This document shows positions 48,293-62,145 of a DNA stretch of 64,000 nt, piece after piece. The stretch is from Tubiluchus corallicola (taxonomy: Eukaryota > Animalia > Priapulida). The position numbers and the translations under genes were made by a program. The notes beneath the pieces were generated by a model that was given only the letters and a program-made list of their open reading frames with translations, was not told where the DNA came from and ran no database searches. The stretch is taken from positions 124,001 through 188,000 of the forward strand of contig JAQGDQ010000426.1 of NCBI GenBank assembly GCA_030141605.1, in the 5' to 3' direction. Each line of letters starts with the position of its first letter. Positions within the stretch are counted from its first letter, which is position 1.

Positions 48293-50879
48293 CCTGTAAT
48301 CAGATTTCTCTCATCTCTAACAAAAATCAAATTGTTGTAAAGATTCTATCTGTCAGGATTGTATTCGCGTTCCTCCTTTCTAATTAGTTCAGACCCTTCT
48401 GTATTCCAGCTCATTTGTTGTGCCAATATTCATTGTTTGCTTCTTAGCTTAAGTGGTCCTCGTTGAGGAGCAAATTGAAAAGTAACTCTCATAATCATAC
48501 AAAGGTGGCTTTCTGTCTTTGTGTGCAAGTGTAATAACTACTGCACAACTGCTTTTTATGCTTCTGATGTGTAACTTAAGAACCTACATTTACACTACTG
48601 CACGTTACTGCACATGTAACATTATAGAGAAAAAATAAAAGCTCTCGAGAGAAATTCAGAAAATAATTATATACTGGAGTTTGTGTATCATGAAAACCAT
48701 GCACTGAATCTTTTCATTATGAATATATATGTGTTTTTTGCAGATGAATGAATGAAGTAGCACCAGAAACTCACAAGGGAGATTTTGTTGTTAAAATGTC
48801 AACTTGTGTACGGCAGGTAAAAATGCTGTTAGAAAGCTTGCAAAACTGTTTCCTTAGTAACTACAGCAAAACCTGCACCAAAAAGAAACCTCTAACAGGG
48901 GCGTATTAACCAATAGGAAAACTAGGTTATAGCCTAGGGCGCCAAAGTCTGAGAAGCGTCACATTTTAGAAAAAATCTTATTCTCTTTTGAAAATGTGTA
49001 TTCTTTTATATTCTTGTAAGGGACGCATTTTATAGCACACCACAGGCAGTTATTGAGCGCAGTTTTATATAAGTGCCACATAACGAACAGGCGTAAGGTA
49101 TTAAACAACAAGCAGTTGCGCATCATACTTGAATATAAGTGTTATGCAAGATTGCAATGCAAAATCATGCTACTTCCATATAAGAAATTAATAATCATTC
49201 TTTTTCTAAATGTTTTCATTTGTAAAAAAGTCTGTAATTGACATCCATTTTTCCCAAATTCTTGTCACTTATAATCAACAAGATTTTTATGCGATATTAA
49301 AAATTAGCAATAAATGCTGATTAAATGTTATGCTGTTTTTAACGAGAAATCCACCAACATCCTAACTGTTCTCACGAGAAAAATTGCAATTTATTATTAT
49401 TATTATTATTAAAAACACATATAAAGATTTAAATACTTGCTGTCTAGCGGGTCTACTAAATGATTGTACTTTCTACAAGTTCGATACTTTACCATATGTT
49501 CCGTGGTTGCAAGAATTCGTTGCTACAAGTTGTAAAGTTCTTAACGTGCCACTTTGAAGTTTGAAACATATTCCCAATATTGAATGATTTTAAAAGCATA
49601 CACATTTCTGACAATGTATTGGTTTCTCATCTCGAGAAGCTTATGTCTGTAGTAAAGATTGTGCACTTGACGTGGCAAATTTTGCGACGTCACTTTGCAA
49701 ACACTAGTTACGTAATAAATTTCGATCAGTGCACATCGCTGATTTTATTTCACTTACCTGGTTTAACTAGCGTTGCAACTGTTTCAAATGTATGACTAGA
49801 TATCTAAGTATTTAAAATTTAATACTTGACAGTCGAGTGTCACAGTTCACAGTCCATTGCCTTCTATTGTGTAACGTGTGACATTGAGGAATGGATCACG
49901 TGTAACGCAATGTGATATCCATCACTAATTAAAGGGCGAGACAGGTCATTTTAAAGAATGTCACAAAACAAATTCCACACAAAATTGCATAACTTTGCAC
50001 TACGCTTAACTGTTTCAAAAACTTATGTAACTAGAAAATAGAATGTTTGTAATTTAAAGTGATCGCGCTGGGTGATGTCAATGACTCACCTTCCCAGTGT
50101 GCACCGTTGGGACACCAAAAAACATATCATAGATTTTATTGACAAGATACAGTTAAGATACAGACAAGACACAGCCAAAAATTCAGAAAAGCGAAATTTT
50201 TATCTCTAGGTAAGTAAAGTGTTTTCTTTTACTTTAATTGTGTTTGGTAGCTTTCTCTCTGAAAAGACTTAATAGTTTCGACTTTAGGCCTCTGAGGAAG
50301 AGAAAATTCTCGTTTATAAAGTACAATTATGCAACACTCCGACCGACATTCTTATGGATGGCAGACCATGGAAGAATCCCAAGGAGCCCTTGGGTAGAGT
50401 CGAGGCACTTTACTTGTTTAATTCTTACTATCAAAATCTCTTAAACTACATCGTAATTTTACTTGCAAGCCTGCCAATTGTTTACCCTGGGATAATAAAA
50501 CCGCAAAGCTTTGTGGCCTCGTTTTAAAATTCTCAAATTTCCGCGATCCTGTCAAAATAAGTAGATTTTTCTGTTCGTCTCAAACATCCCGTTGGTCTAG
50601 GCGCTAATGCCTGTCAGCTCAAGTGTGCAATCATTTAGATTCGATGTTTGTGCAATTTTAGAAACACAGCCCGTTGAAATTAACAAGCGATCAACTTCGC
50701 GGGGAAATATTTTCGTTAAACAGCTTTTGAAATCGCCAAAAAAGTGATAAGTTAATAAAAGATTATCAAACATCGTGGATATTTACCTCAATGGGAAATT
50801 TTGTCGTATTATATGTCAGATGTTCCAGGTACCTCAATCGGAATAATAAAACTAAATAAAAAACAAATAAATTATGAAG

Positions 50880-51410
50880 AAACCAAACGAAATGAAACGA
50901 AACGAAACGAGTCGAATTGAATCGAATCGAATCGAAACGAAACGACACGAAATGATAAGAGTCGAATTGAAACGAAACAAAACAAAACGAAACGAGTCGA
51001 ATTGAATAGAAACGAAACGAAACGAAACGAAACGAAATGAAACGAAACGAAACGATTCGAACTAAATCAAAACAAAACGAAACGAAACGAAACGAAACGA
51101 AACGAAACGAAACGAAACGAAACGAAACGAAACGAAACGAAACGAAACGAAACGAAACGAAACGAAACGAAACGAAACGAAACAAAACAAAACAAAACAA
51201 AACAAAAACAAAACAAAACAAAACAAAACAAAACAAAACAAATAAAACAAAACAAAATAAAACTATTGGACCTATTGTGTTCTCAAACTATGCTGTGTTC
51301 TCAAACTATTGGAGCTATTGTGTTCTCAAACTATGCTGTGTTCTCAAACTATTGGACCTATTGGGTTCTCAAACTATTGGAGCTATTGTGTTCTCAAACT
51401 ATGCTGTGTT
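50880..51410. repeat. (GAAAC)n/(AAAAC)n microsatellite followed by a short TGTGTTCTCAAACTA tandem
   Basis: Directly visible. Confidence 0.95.
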
Positions 51411-53080
51411 CATCAAACGAATGTATATCGCCTCATGTTTTCAAACTGATATAAATTTAAGAATGAACCTCTCAGTCGTGCTAGTTTTACCTTGTAGAGA
51501 AGTTTTTGTAGTTTATTTTTAAGCAACCTATTGTTCTTACATAATCTGTTCGACCAACATAATATTTTTGTCAATAGAATGCCGTTATATTTGTCTGCAG
51601 AAATAAGTAATGTTCTTTTGACAATGGTAATTGCATCTTATTCAGTTGTTTTTATAGTGGGTTCGAGTGGGTGTTAATTTTAATACAGAAAAATCTCGAG
51701 TTCGTGGCTTACTGTTTTATTGACAATTCTGTATCCTAAAACAATTACGTTTATATAAAAAAATTGTAGAGAAAGTAAATATCAATTATATCACATTTTA
51801 TGCGCAGTATTCAGCCAATTCTATTACACTGTTTTTAATGTTTTAGGTTATTTCTACAGGCTCTAAGGCAGAATTCTAAATTTCATTTGGCAGACTGAAG
51901 GTTAAATTTAGATTAACGTAATTTAGACAAATTTTAGTGAGCAGTAATGGCAAACCGCTTCGGTGTGAACAGTATTCAGCCAATTCTGTTACATCTTTTT
52001 AATGTTTTAGGTTATTTCTACAGGCTCTCTAACGCAGCATTCTAAATTTCATTTGGTGGATTGAAGGTTAAATTTAGATTATAATCAAAATAAATATGTC
52101 CGCCTGTATGAGACCAAGCAATGCTGTTATTGAAACTGGATCGGCAAATCAATTAGCGACATCAGTATTGACAAGAAATCCTATCACCCTCACACAGGGC
52201 CTGACGTCTTTCTTATTAACAAATCACCAAGTAAAGAAACGAATTGTCTAATATCTCCGGTTTTTTTGTAACTTGTAACTTTTTGTAATTTGCAATTTCG
52301 TTAAAAACAGTCGATTTTCACAGAAGTAAATTACAATGGGAAACACGAGAAAAATACCGTCTTTATTCTCAGATATCTGTATTTAACCACCTATTCAACT
52401 ATGAAGAGTTGGAGAGTTCCATACATAAGCAGCCCTGGGAGAGATAGAAAATTACAAAACAGACTTGTGCTTGATAACCCTAATGTGATAAGAGTGGGAA
52501 ATACAAAAAAGCAAGAAAACTCAAAAAATTGTCCAGGAGTTCATTTTTAAGCCAAAAATCGTATTTATGTGCCTACATTCACATGTTGCTGTGTATTTTT
52601 CTCCTGGATTAAATAGCCTTTGGTGTGATGACGTCACTACGCGATGTTTACGAATCTATGTAATTAGCGGTAGTTATTAACAAACTTTTTTGCGTGTCGC
52701 ACATGTTAGATGTCTTCATATTTTGACGTAAATTCTGCTCAGCATCTCACACGTCTTACCAACAGCAGGCTATCAGCATTCCTTCTACTGAGGAAGCCAT
52801 GCTCTGTACAGCAGCAACTCTTGGGATTCCCGAGTATATAAGCCCTGGTGAACGATATATGGGCTATTATTTATACACACATGCTGACTGAAATAGAGGT
52901 GTTGGTGCTACGACATTTACTGTTTAAACAGTTTCGTAACTCTAGTTTAAAATATTGACCAGGCACTGGCTCTGAAACTCCTCAGCACATTTTATTCAGA
53001 TGCAATAAAGTAGATAATACAAAATGAATGCGTTTCATAGAAATAGCTGATGCTAATTATGCACGTAATATTATGATTCA

Positions 53081-53590
<510 letters not shown>

Positions 53591-53975
53591 ACTCAGTAAA
53601 GTAGATAATACAAAAAGAATGCGTTTCATAGAAATAGCTGATGCCAATTATGCAAGTAATGTTATGCTTCAATCTGATAAATGGCTTTTACTAGCCTGAT
53701 CAGAGATAGTTTTATACTAAATAATTGTTAATCTAGACCCGCTCAAGTATACAAAAATAAATTATGCATGTGTATAAAGTTAATTCATGTGTATATAATA
53801 CTTGTGAAACATTTGAAATTAAATGCAATTTAAGTATAATATGTTATTCGTGGTATATAATGTGAAACTGGAAATATTTAAAAGATTTGTCATATGAAAA
53901 TGTAAATTGCTGATCTGAGCCTGCAAAAAGAGGCACCTTTTTGTATATACGTTCATTACTTGAATAAAGATTTAC

Positions 53976-53977
53976 AC

Positions 53978-54032
<55 letters not shown>

Positions 54033-54033
54033 T

Positions 54034-54065
<32 letters not shown>
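53976..54065. repeat. (ATT)n microsatellite
   Basis: Directly visible. Confidence 0.95.
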
Positions 54066-55810
54066 AGCTCTGAAGCAATATACTTGCTTTCTTTTTAAGT
54101 TGTTTAAGCCTGGTTAATTGGGACTAATTTCGTTAAATCCCCAGGCTAATAATGTTGTAGTATTTATATGCCTCCTTACAATACTCAAATACTCCTTAAT
54201 TGGAATATTTTTCCAATCAAAAGCGCTAAATATGCTTTTTATCTGACACGATACATTTTGATTTTTATGGTTTGACGATTCCCCTTGAGGTCACACGAAG
54301 TTTACCATGTTTAAGTAACTTTTAGATTTAATGTTTCAGCTGTTTCAAATGTGATAAACTCGTCTTTATAAATAAATGGAGAATGATCGTGGAAACAGTC
54401 AACTTGCATTTTTAGAAAAATGTTAAAAAGTCGATGATCTTGAAATTAAAATGGTTTTACAGCTAGAAGTGGCTAAAATTTACATTTGATTGGATCGATA
54501 TTTCAAAAGCTCGACCTGTAAAAACTTCAAATATATGACATCAAATTACTAATTACAAAATTAATGTTTCCTTTGATTCAAAGTCATCTTTTACGACAGG
54601 CTTACGTGTACAACGTCCAAGGTAATGATAAAGTCAACCATCGCCAACACCATCATCTGAAAACTAAAATAAAGGAAGTTCCGTACCATGTAAGTAAGTG
54701 AGTATCTTTATTTATCACCTTTTTACAAGAAAAACACAGAGCATGAAACGATAGCATGATACAAAGTGACAAGATTGTCAAGTGAATTATTTATCTGAGT
54801 TAATGATATTCAAGTGATTGGTGAAAGGGTGGCGAAAAACTAAAAGTTACCAAAGTCAACCACCCTGGCTTTGTGATGACAAGCTCAGCTATATGGAGCA
54901 CAGGATATTAACGAATGCAGACTGGAAGACATTTTTACTTCACTGCTGTATTCAAATCAGCATAGAAACTTACAGAAACAGCTGTCAAAAGTAACGAATT
55001 GTTGAGTATTGCAACGTTCTTAACCTTCAATACTTATGGTTTCACGTTATGTAATAACCAATTCAATAATTTCTCTGGATTTAATGCGGCGTCATTCTAC
55101 AGCTGCAGTCGACATGCACTCATTCCCTGTGACTCTATGGTACAGTTCTAAAAGGATACATTCCTGACTCAAGTTACCCAAAAAGCATTTTTTCAAGTCC
55201 CAATTTATCCAGATTAACTCGACGAAAACTTAAAGCAGAATTCAGTTTAAACGAGAACAATTTAACACAATTTTCTCCAGGTCTGGAGCGTTTTTGTGAA
55301 CAGTTGTAAATGTTAACTATGTAGTAATTGAGTAAATGCGTTAGTAGCAATAGCAAATGCCACAGTTCGATCTGCAAAAGCGTAGCGGCAACAGAGAAAG
55401 TGCTTAGCAGCAGCAGTAGTAGTAGTAGTAGTAGAAGAACTAGTAGTATAGTAGTAGTAGTAGCAGTAGTAGTAGTATAGTAGTAGTAGTAGCAGTAGTA
55501 GCTGCAGCACCAGTAATGTAGTTAGTAATAAAAATGTTAAAACCAGCCTAAAATATCATATTTATTCTAAAATTTTCAAGAGTTTCCGAGAAACATTTCG
55601 GGTATTCATATATCCACCATCAGTCAACAAAGACGAAAACAGAAACAAATAGAGTCAAAAATACACAGAAACAGCCAAAAATCAAACCTTAACTTTTGAC
55701 AACGTTTAACTGATTCTGTGTATTTTGGCTGATAGTTAGGTACGTGTGCACTCGAAACGAATCTCGGAAACACTTTGAAAGTTTTTAGATTAAATATGAT
55801 GGCTAGAAAC

Positions 55811-55862
55811 AGTGGTAGTGGTAGTGGTAGTGGTAGTGGTAGTGGTAGTGGTAGTGGTAGTG

Positions 55863-55959
<97 letters not shown>

Positions 55960-55960
55960 C

Positions 55961-56015
<55 letters not shown>
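55811..56015. repeat. (GGTAGT)n/(AGT)n microsatellite
   Basis: Directly visible; a shorter (AGT)n tract lies at ~55409-55500. Confidence 0.95.
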
Positions 56016-56741
56016 ATAGCTGCAGAAACATCGTAGCTAAATTTATTTGTATGTTATATGCTCACACTACACCACATTGCGATGATATCGTATACATATT
56101 TATAAAAAAGATATAAAAGTTTTGCATAGCAAGGACTCGGAGATAGGTGCGTTTAAACAGCGTCAAAAATTGTTTACGAAATACGAATGTATCACGGCGA
56201 ACACTCTTCAACTTTATGATTAACTATAGAAAATGTGCAAAATTGGTTACCAAACTTTTGCATGAATTTTTTGCGGTATAAAACCAATGTTTGCATCAAA
56301 CTCCGCTCTATTAAAATGCAAAAAATTTCTTTAATATTACATTATAAATATTACCGAAATTTTATCATCTAACTGTAACGTTATTATTATTATAATTCTA
56401 TTATTATAAGTAAAATTAACATTGACCATCAAGCTTTATACGTGAACGTGATACTCAAAAGCATTTCTTCTGTGAAGCCTTACGAAAGATGAATCATTGA
56501 AATCTTGAAGACGGTTGCAACCTCGTCAATATATCTGTTACCTAAAGTTGGTAAATCCGTTTCCTCTGTAAGCTTCCTCCCTCTCTTCACTGGGACCGAA
56601 AACAAATATTATTTCTGGCAAGTTTCGGTAATGAACTGATTCAACAGGCGTCAATCAAGCCTATCCTTCAGTAAATCACCCAGAATCACAAGCTTTAATT
56701 AGAGAGGTCTTATTAAACCTTGCAATTTGTCCAGTTGTACC

Positions 56742-56988
56742 CAGGGCCTATTTCAGCCTAGGCGAGGCCCGGGGAAGTGGGGCGTGTGAGGCCCCATCGG
56801 GGGGGGGGGGCGCTACCATGGTTGGCGCCCAGAAAATTTTTGAACTGCTAGAACGCCGGAGAAGCATTTTCGAAGAGAAAATATGGAGTTATACAGTTGT
56901 TAAAGGAAAGAACAATTGAAAGAAAAACTGCTTTATTCTCAAGACCAGTCCTTAATACTTGTCAATACTGGCAAACGGCATGCGTGCG

Positions 56989-57068
<80 letters not shown>

Positions 57069-57175
57069 GCAGTATGTTCGCATAAAGCAAAAAAATGTTA
57101 CCTTGGCGCGAGGCCCCCCTGGAGGGTGAGGCCCCGGGGAAGTATCCCACTCCCCCCCCCTTGAAATAGGCCCTG
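56742..57175 (+). mobile_element. hAT-type MITE (family copy 1, with internal (GA)n)
   Basis: TIR CAGGGCCTATTTCA / TGAAATAGGCCCTG; exact 8-bp TSD GTTGTACC. Confidence 0.92.
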
Positions 57176-57927
57176 GTTGTACCATGAAAAACCTGCGTCA
57201 GATCACCATAAATAATATGGCGTTGCAAGGTTATGTACGATTCAAAAAGGGAAATGCTGCTATTAAAAAGTTATTACATTAAATTCCTAGCTATGCTACT
57301 ACTACCCGGACCACCCTCAGCATACCAAGTACCACCACCCCCACTACGTTCCCCGTTCTCCAGAAATAAGGAATATAAGTTTTGCAAAAAAAAAAACACT
57401 CAGCAAGGCTGTTTTTGGAGGTTTTTCGACCTTGTTTCTCTCGGTGAGCCCGAGAAATAAACCATCAACTGGACGACACCAGATGGAGATCTCCATTTGC
57501 TGTACGGATTGCCAAAAAGGGTGATGTGATTGGATCTATAGCCCGGAATTTTATAAACCCTTATTCGCTGAAATTAAAATATCAGATTATGCTGTATAAT
57601 TAGATAAATTTTGTTGTACGACAACTAAGTTGAGCTGCAGCATCCATTTGGGGCTTTTTAGTTTTAATTATTGTCATAAAGATGAAAGTGTAAAATAACC
57701 TGGAGAAAATACTTCACTGACGTATGCTGCTAAGTTACCAAATGGAAAATTTTGTAGTTATCTTTTCATCGAGTTAATTTTGTTCTGCTGCATTGTTAAT
57801 TGTTGTTTTTGTTGTTTTTTTGTCACTTGTCAATTGTACTACAATTGTCAACTTGCTGAGCAAATTTTCAGGGCATTATAATCGCAAAACGAACAATAAA
57901 AGGTATGTGATTATCTACATACATGTA

Positions 57928-58086
57928 ACCTAGCCACTGGGGGGGGGGGGCAAGCCAGCCCAACTCAGTGCCGGTCCCAAGCCCGGATAAATAGGGAGGG
58001 TTAGGGTCAGGAAGGGCATCCGCCTGTAAAAACTGCGCCAAAACCTTCTATAAATGAGTCGGTGAAGCTGGGAAGAAGAAGAAGAA
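57928..58086 (+). mobile_element. Minimal (~160 bp) RTE-derived SINE-like element
   Basis: Same head as the 13259-13688 element joined directly to AAGCTGGG(GAA)n; ~19-bp TSD GATTATCTACATACATGTA. Confidence 0.88.
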
Positions 58087-58493
58087 GATTATCTACATAC
58101 ATGTATAACTTAAAGAATTTCATTAATTGTAGGTCGTTTTCGTTTAAACATCTTTTATATCCGTGCAGCACATGTTTGTAATCTACTCTATCGTATAAAA
58201 ACGTCAGTTGCGATCTTCGACCTTTTAGAGCAGCAATAAAAATCTTTATCTGTTTCACGCTAGGATTAACACATCTGATTCTGCAAGCAGCTAATAATGT
58301 GGTTGTAGGTAGAATTAGAATTAGAATTAGTTTATTCTCCGTAATGATTTTACATAACATAAGTAGGCAACGATAATTATATAATTAACGAAATTAAAAT
58401 TTAACTACAAATAAAAAAATCATATACAGGGGGCAAATTTCTTTACCGAATCAACAAAAATATCGCGTTTTAATGTAGGGGCACACTAGTTCT

Positions 58494-58880
58494 TCACTCA
58501 TACGTCTTAACACATCTCCAACAATATTTCATTAATGACGTTAAATTTGGAGAGTGCATAAGGTTACAAATGCTAGAAAAGTTCAACTCAGAATGTTCAG
58601 TTCGTAAATCTTCTGTCACCGGACATCTCAATAAGACGTGGGCTTCTGTTTGAACTTCTTCCCCACAAGTACATAATCTGTCTTCTCTCGGTATTCTGGA
58701 CCAACGTCCGGTTTCTACCATGAGATTATGCGATGACGTCCTAAGTCTGGTAAATTCAATTCTTTGGTAGTCCGGGATTTCAGATTCAATATCATTATAG
58801 ACTTTATGAGTAACATTAGGTACATTCTCCCTAATCAAGCCAAAACCGGGATAAACATAGCCACTTTTTCCAAAATGCAA
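58494..58880 (-). mobile_element. LINE ORF2 C-terminal fragment (RTE-X/CR1-like, CCHC-type end)
   Basis: FTRLRTSSHNLMVETGRW..REDRLCTCG..EAHVLLRCP. Confidence 0.82.
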
Positions 58881-59223
58881 GTCTTCTTTGTGAATTTTTT
58901 ATCCGACCTTCATTAAGTCATTTGATGTGAATCACAGATTACATGTAGAAACAGAATTTCAAATCAACGCTCGAGAACAGCGTAACAAAGTTTCGCCGTA
59001 TCTACACCATAGCTGCAGAACTTGCTGGTTTCCCCCCACCTTCCCGAGGTACAGTAGTTCGTACAAGTTCCAAAAATAGTTGACATTTTCTTTGCTTTTC
59101 CTTTCGACTACAACTTGAGCCATTTCGTTATATTTCCACTAATTCTTTTTCTGAATAGTGATGACTGTACGAAATGCGTTTACTAACTTACTCAATTACG
59201 TCATTGAAGATCAAAAGGTAATC

Positions 59224-59712
59224 AAGTTGTTATTATTCGGAGAAGATGAATTTAACTACGTTGCTAACTGTAAAATATTTCAATGCATACATGACTTTAC
59301 ATTACGTACTAAACGCTTCTAGTAGTTTCTATCTGATATGAAATGCATCAGTCTTAAATAATCGTACATTAATATTTTCTAACTGTCATTTTCTGCTAAT
59401 GTCTAATGTAATCTTGTAGTAATACTTGTCAGCTTGTGTAGTTATAGTCAATTCTTACTGTAAATGTTACTAATGTCTAATGTAATCTTGTAGTAAAACT
59501 TGTCAGCTTGTGTAGCTATAGTCTATTCTTACTGTAAATGTTACTAATGTCTAATGTAATCTTGTAGTAAAACTTGTCAGCTTGTGTAGCTATAGTCTAT
59601 TCTTACTGTAAATGCTCTTGTAAATAGTGTATAAAGTCTGTTGTGGTGAGGATCCTAAATCATGTTGTTCAAACTGTCTGATCTAATCCTGTAATAAATC
59701 ATGTTTAAACTA
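59224..59712 (+). mobile_element. Second 3' fragment of the same LINE, with an internal ~76-bp triplication
   Basis: High identity to 3970-4310; reads GGA GAA where copy 1 has GGA TAA. Confidence 0.85.
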
Positions 59713-60585
59713 AGGTGTTCAAGTGGAATTCTCGATTTAATGATAAAACATGGCGGCACATCGGTCGACCTCTTGGAAAGCAAAGGAATTGCAGTAAAAT
59801 TTTCAGTACTTTAATTAATCAAGGACGAATTCGCGAATATAAAACAACACAAAGAACTAAACGTGTTACAGTTTTAACCTAGAAATATAAAATCGCAATA
59901 AACACTCAAACAATCCAAGTACAATAAGTGAAATATTTCTGTAATATTTTTGCTGTTAGCAGAAGTTAAATATTCATCTTAAATGCCTGGAAGAAATATC
60001 TCCATGACCTTGCTCACTGCAAAATATCACACTCCCAACCACCATTGCAAGTCTATTCCAGCTACCGACTAGCCTTATTGCTTTAAGGCATCTGTCAGGC
60101 TTAAAGTCACCAAAGTTGGTATCATCACTCTTTGTAGATTTGCGTCATTCAAATAGCCTAGTCTGACTTATTGAAATGAGAAAGTTGGCGAATGAAAATC
60201 AATTTTAGTTTTAGAGTGAAAGACTAACAAATTTGCTAACAGTTCGTTTTACTTTCGACTTGTTCTAATTGGGAAAGGTAGTAAATTTAACTATTCTATT
60301 CTGCACTGTTATTAGTGACTGAAGTACATTATAATGCTTGGTTAACTACCATGATAGCATACAATAAGCTAAGACATAGTAGATCATTTTCAAAATCGTT
60401 GTGCATATATGATTTAAGTTTGCTTTTATCGTTTTTATCGTTATATCTGTATGCATTTTATGAAGTAATGGAAAATTATTTAAAAAAAATCGCAATTTAC
60501 TTTGTTTCCTATTTCTTTTAAATCTAGTTAGTGGACCAACTTTAATTATGTAATGTATTAGCGAAAAATCAACTATTTTTAATAG

Positions 60586-60685
60586 GTCGGTGCTTCGTTA
60601 TTTGCTAGCAATGTAAGCAGTGGTCATTTCGTTGGTCAAGCTGAATCTGGTGCAGCTGGAGGCATTGGTGTGGCTGCTTTACTTA
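60586..60685 (+). pseudogene. Orphan, degenerate exon of an SLC5 (sodium:solute/glucose symporter) gene
   Basis: After an aatag| acceptor it reads [31 protein letters not shown], matching the SGLT-family motif (I/V)[26 protein letters not shown]. Similarity is then lost (no FEWN) and no neighbouring SLC5 exons were found. Confidence 0.7.
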
Positions 60686-61968
60686 AACCTGATGATAAAG
60701 ATGGACAAGTGCAAACAAAATTCAGGTGTGATCTAAGTTGATATTTTTTGAAATGCTGTAGTTGTTATAATTAAGTATAAGTATTGGGTGTCCAATTCGA
60801 CAGTGGATATAATAAAGAAGGCAATTAGAAAGGGGTATTCGTTAATTGGTGTTTAATTATGAGCTCTTAATATACATGCTAACAGTCTTTCGTGATCGCT
60901 ATACGTCTTCATAAGTTAATAAAGAATATATGTTATGTCTTGACCCAGTACTTGCAAATGTACTTGCAATTTTCAATTCAATTCAATTCAATTTTAATTT
61001 GCCTGTTTACACGTTTTGTTTGTGTACAATTCGTTGCAATTTTCAATTCAATTCAATTCAATTTTAATTTATTTATCTCTCTATAATGCTACAATAAAAC
61101 ATGATTAATAAAAGAATCGCTAATAAGTTTTGAAAAATGGTTAAAATGTATAGATAGATCTAGAACTAGAGAAAGGATAGCGAAAAGCAACTCCTCCTTA
61201 CATTACATGAATTGAAATGCATGTACGTATTTCCTTTAATTGCAGCAAATAAAATTTTTTAGTACTTTAGTACTTGCAAAACCACTTCTTCCTTTAATGC
61301 ATGAGCTGATATCTAGTTGAATCCTCTTTAACCGTTGACTTTATGAAGAACTTCTGAAGGTAAATTGCTAAGACATCACCATAGGTAGAACACAGGTGAG
61401 TTTATTTATACAAATCAGTAACAACACATGCTTATTCAATGATCTCTGACAGCCAACTGACCAGGTAAGTTTTCTATGAAGCAAGGAAGCCAGCAATTCA
61501 ATGAAAGGTAAATGTTATGCATACTCTATAGTTCAAGGATGAAAGTTTAGACTGTATATAAAGAAATAGACCTATTTTACAGCTGAAATTTCTTGTGTGG
61601 GATTTTTAATGTTTTAACCAGAGAATGTAATAATATGACATAAAAAATAAAAAATAATGACATATGACATAATAAATAAAAAATAATAACATATGACATA
61701 ATAAATAAAAATTAATGTCAAGAAATCGTGAGCGTCACGACAGACTTGAGTAATGGAAATTTGCTTTCGAGCTTCGCAATTAACTACACAGACGGTATGT
61801 GTGTGTTTGCTAGGATTATAACCGAGGCATGCACGAACCAGAATAGCACTGTAAATACGATCACGTGACCTGCAAGTCGGTATCTAATTACAAGAAGCCA
61901 TTAAGTCACGGCGTGCAGTGTCAGTGAAAAAAAGTCGAATTAATTTACTGAATTAAGTAAGCACTTAC

Positions 61969-62145
61969 CACATAGCAGATAAGTTAAAACGGAAGAGCAT
62001 AATAGTTATCCTAATTCTAGTTGCGTAATGATGGACCGGCGACCGCACGATTTCCGGGCACCAAACACTCGACTGTTTCGGATTTCGACGGTAAATAGAG
62101 GCGCTGTAGGCTTCTGGAACTGCGCAGTACCAGCGCCTCTAAAAC
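61969..62145 (-). promoter_or_regulatory. Candidate CpG-rich promoter and non-coding first exon (possibly of ASPH)
   Basis: Strong minus-strand donor TG|GTAAGT at 61969/61968; CpG-rich; CCGGAA and TGCGCA motifs; inverted repeat 62096-62141. Confidence 0.35.

Noticed and set aside
50085-50150. Minus-strand AG|GTGAGT donor as an ASPH upstream exon
   Set aside because: It resembles a dispersed repeat also present near 46020-46170 and 44690-45120.
52760-52840. Minus-strand TATATA plus short MASSVEGMLIACC ORF plus GTAAGA donor as an alternative ASPH first exon
   Set aside because: Splicing to 42656 gives an immediate stop and there is no independent support. It remains possible as a UTR exon but cannot be called.
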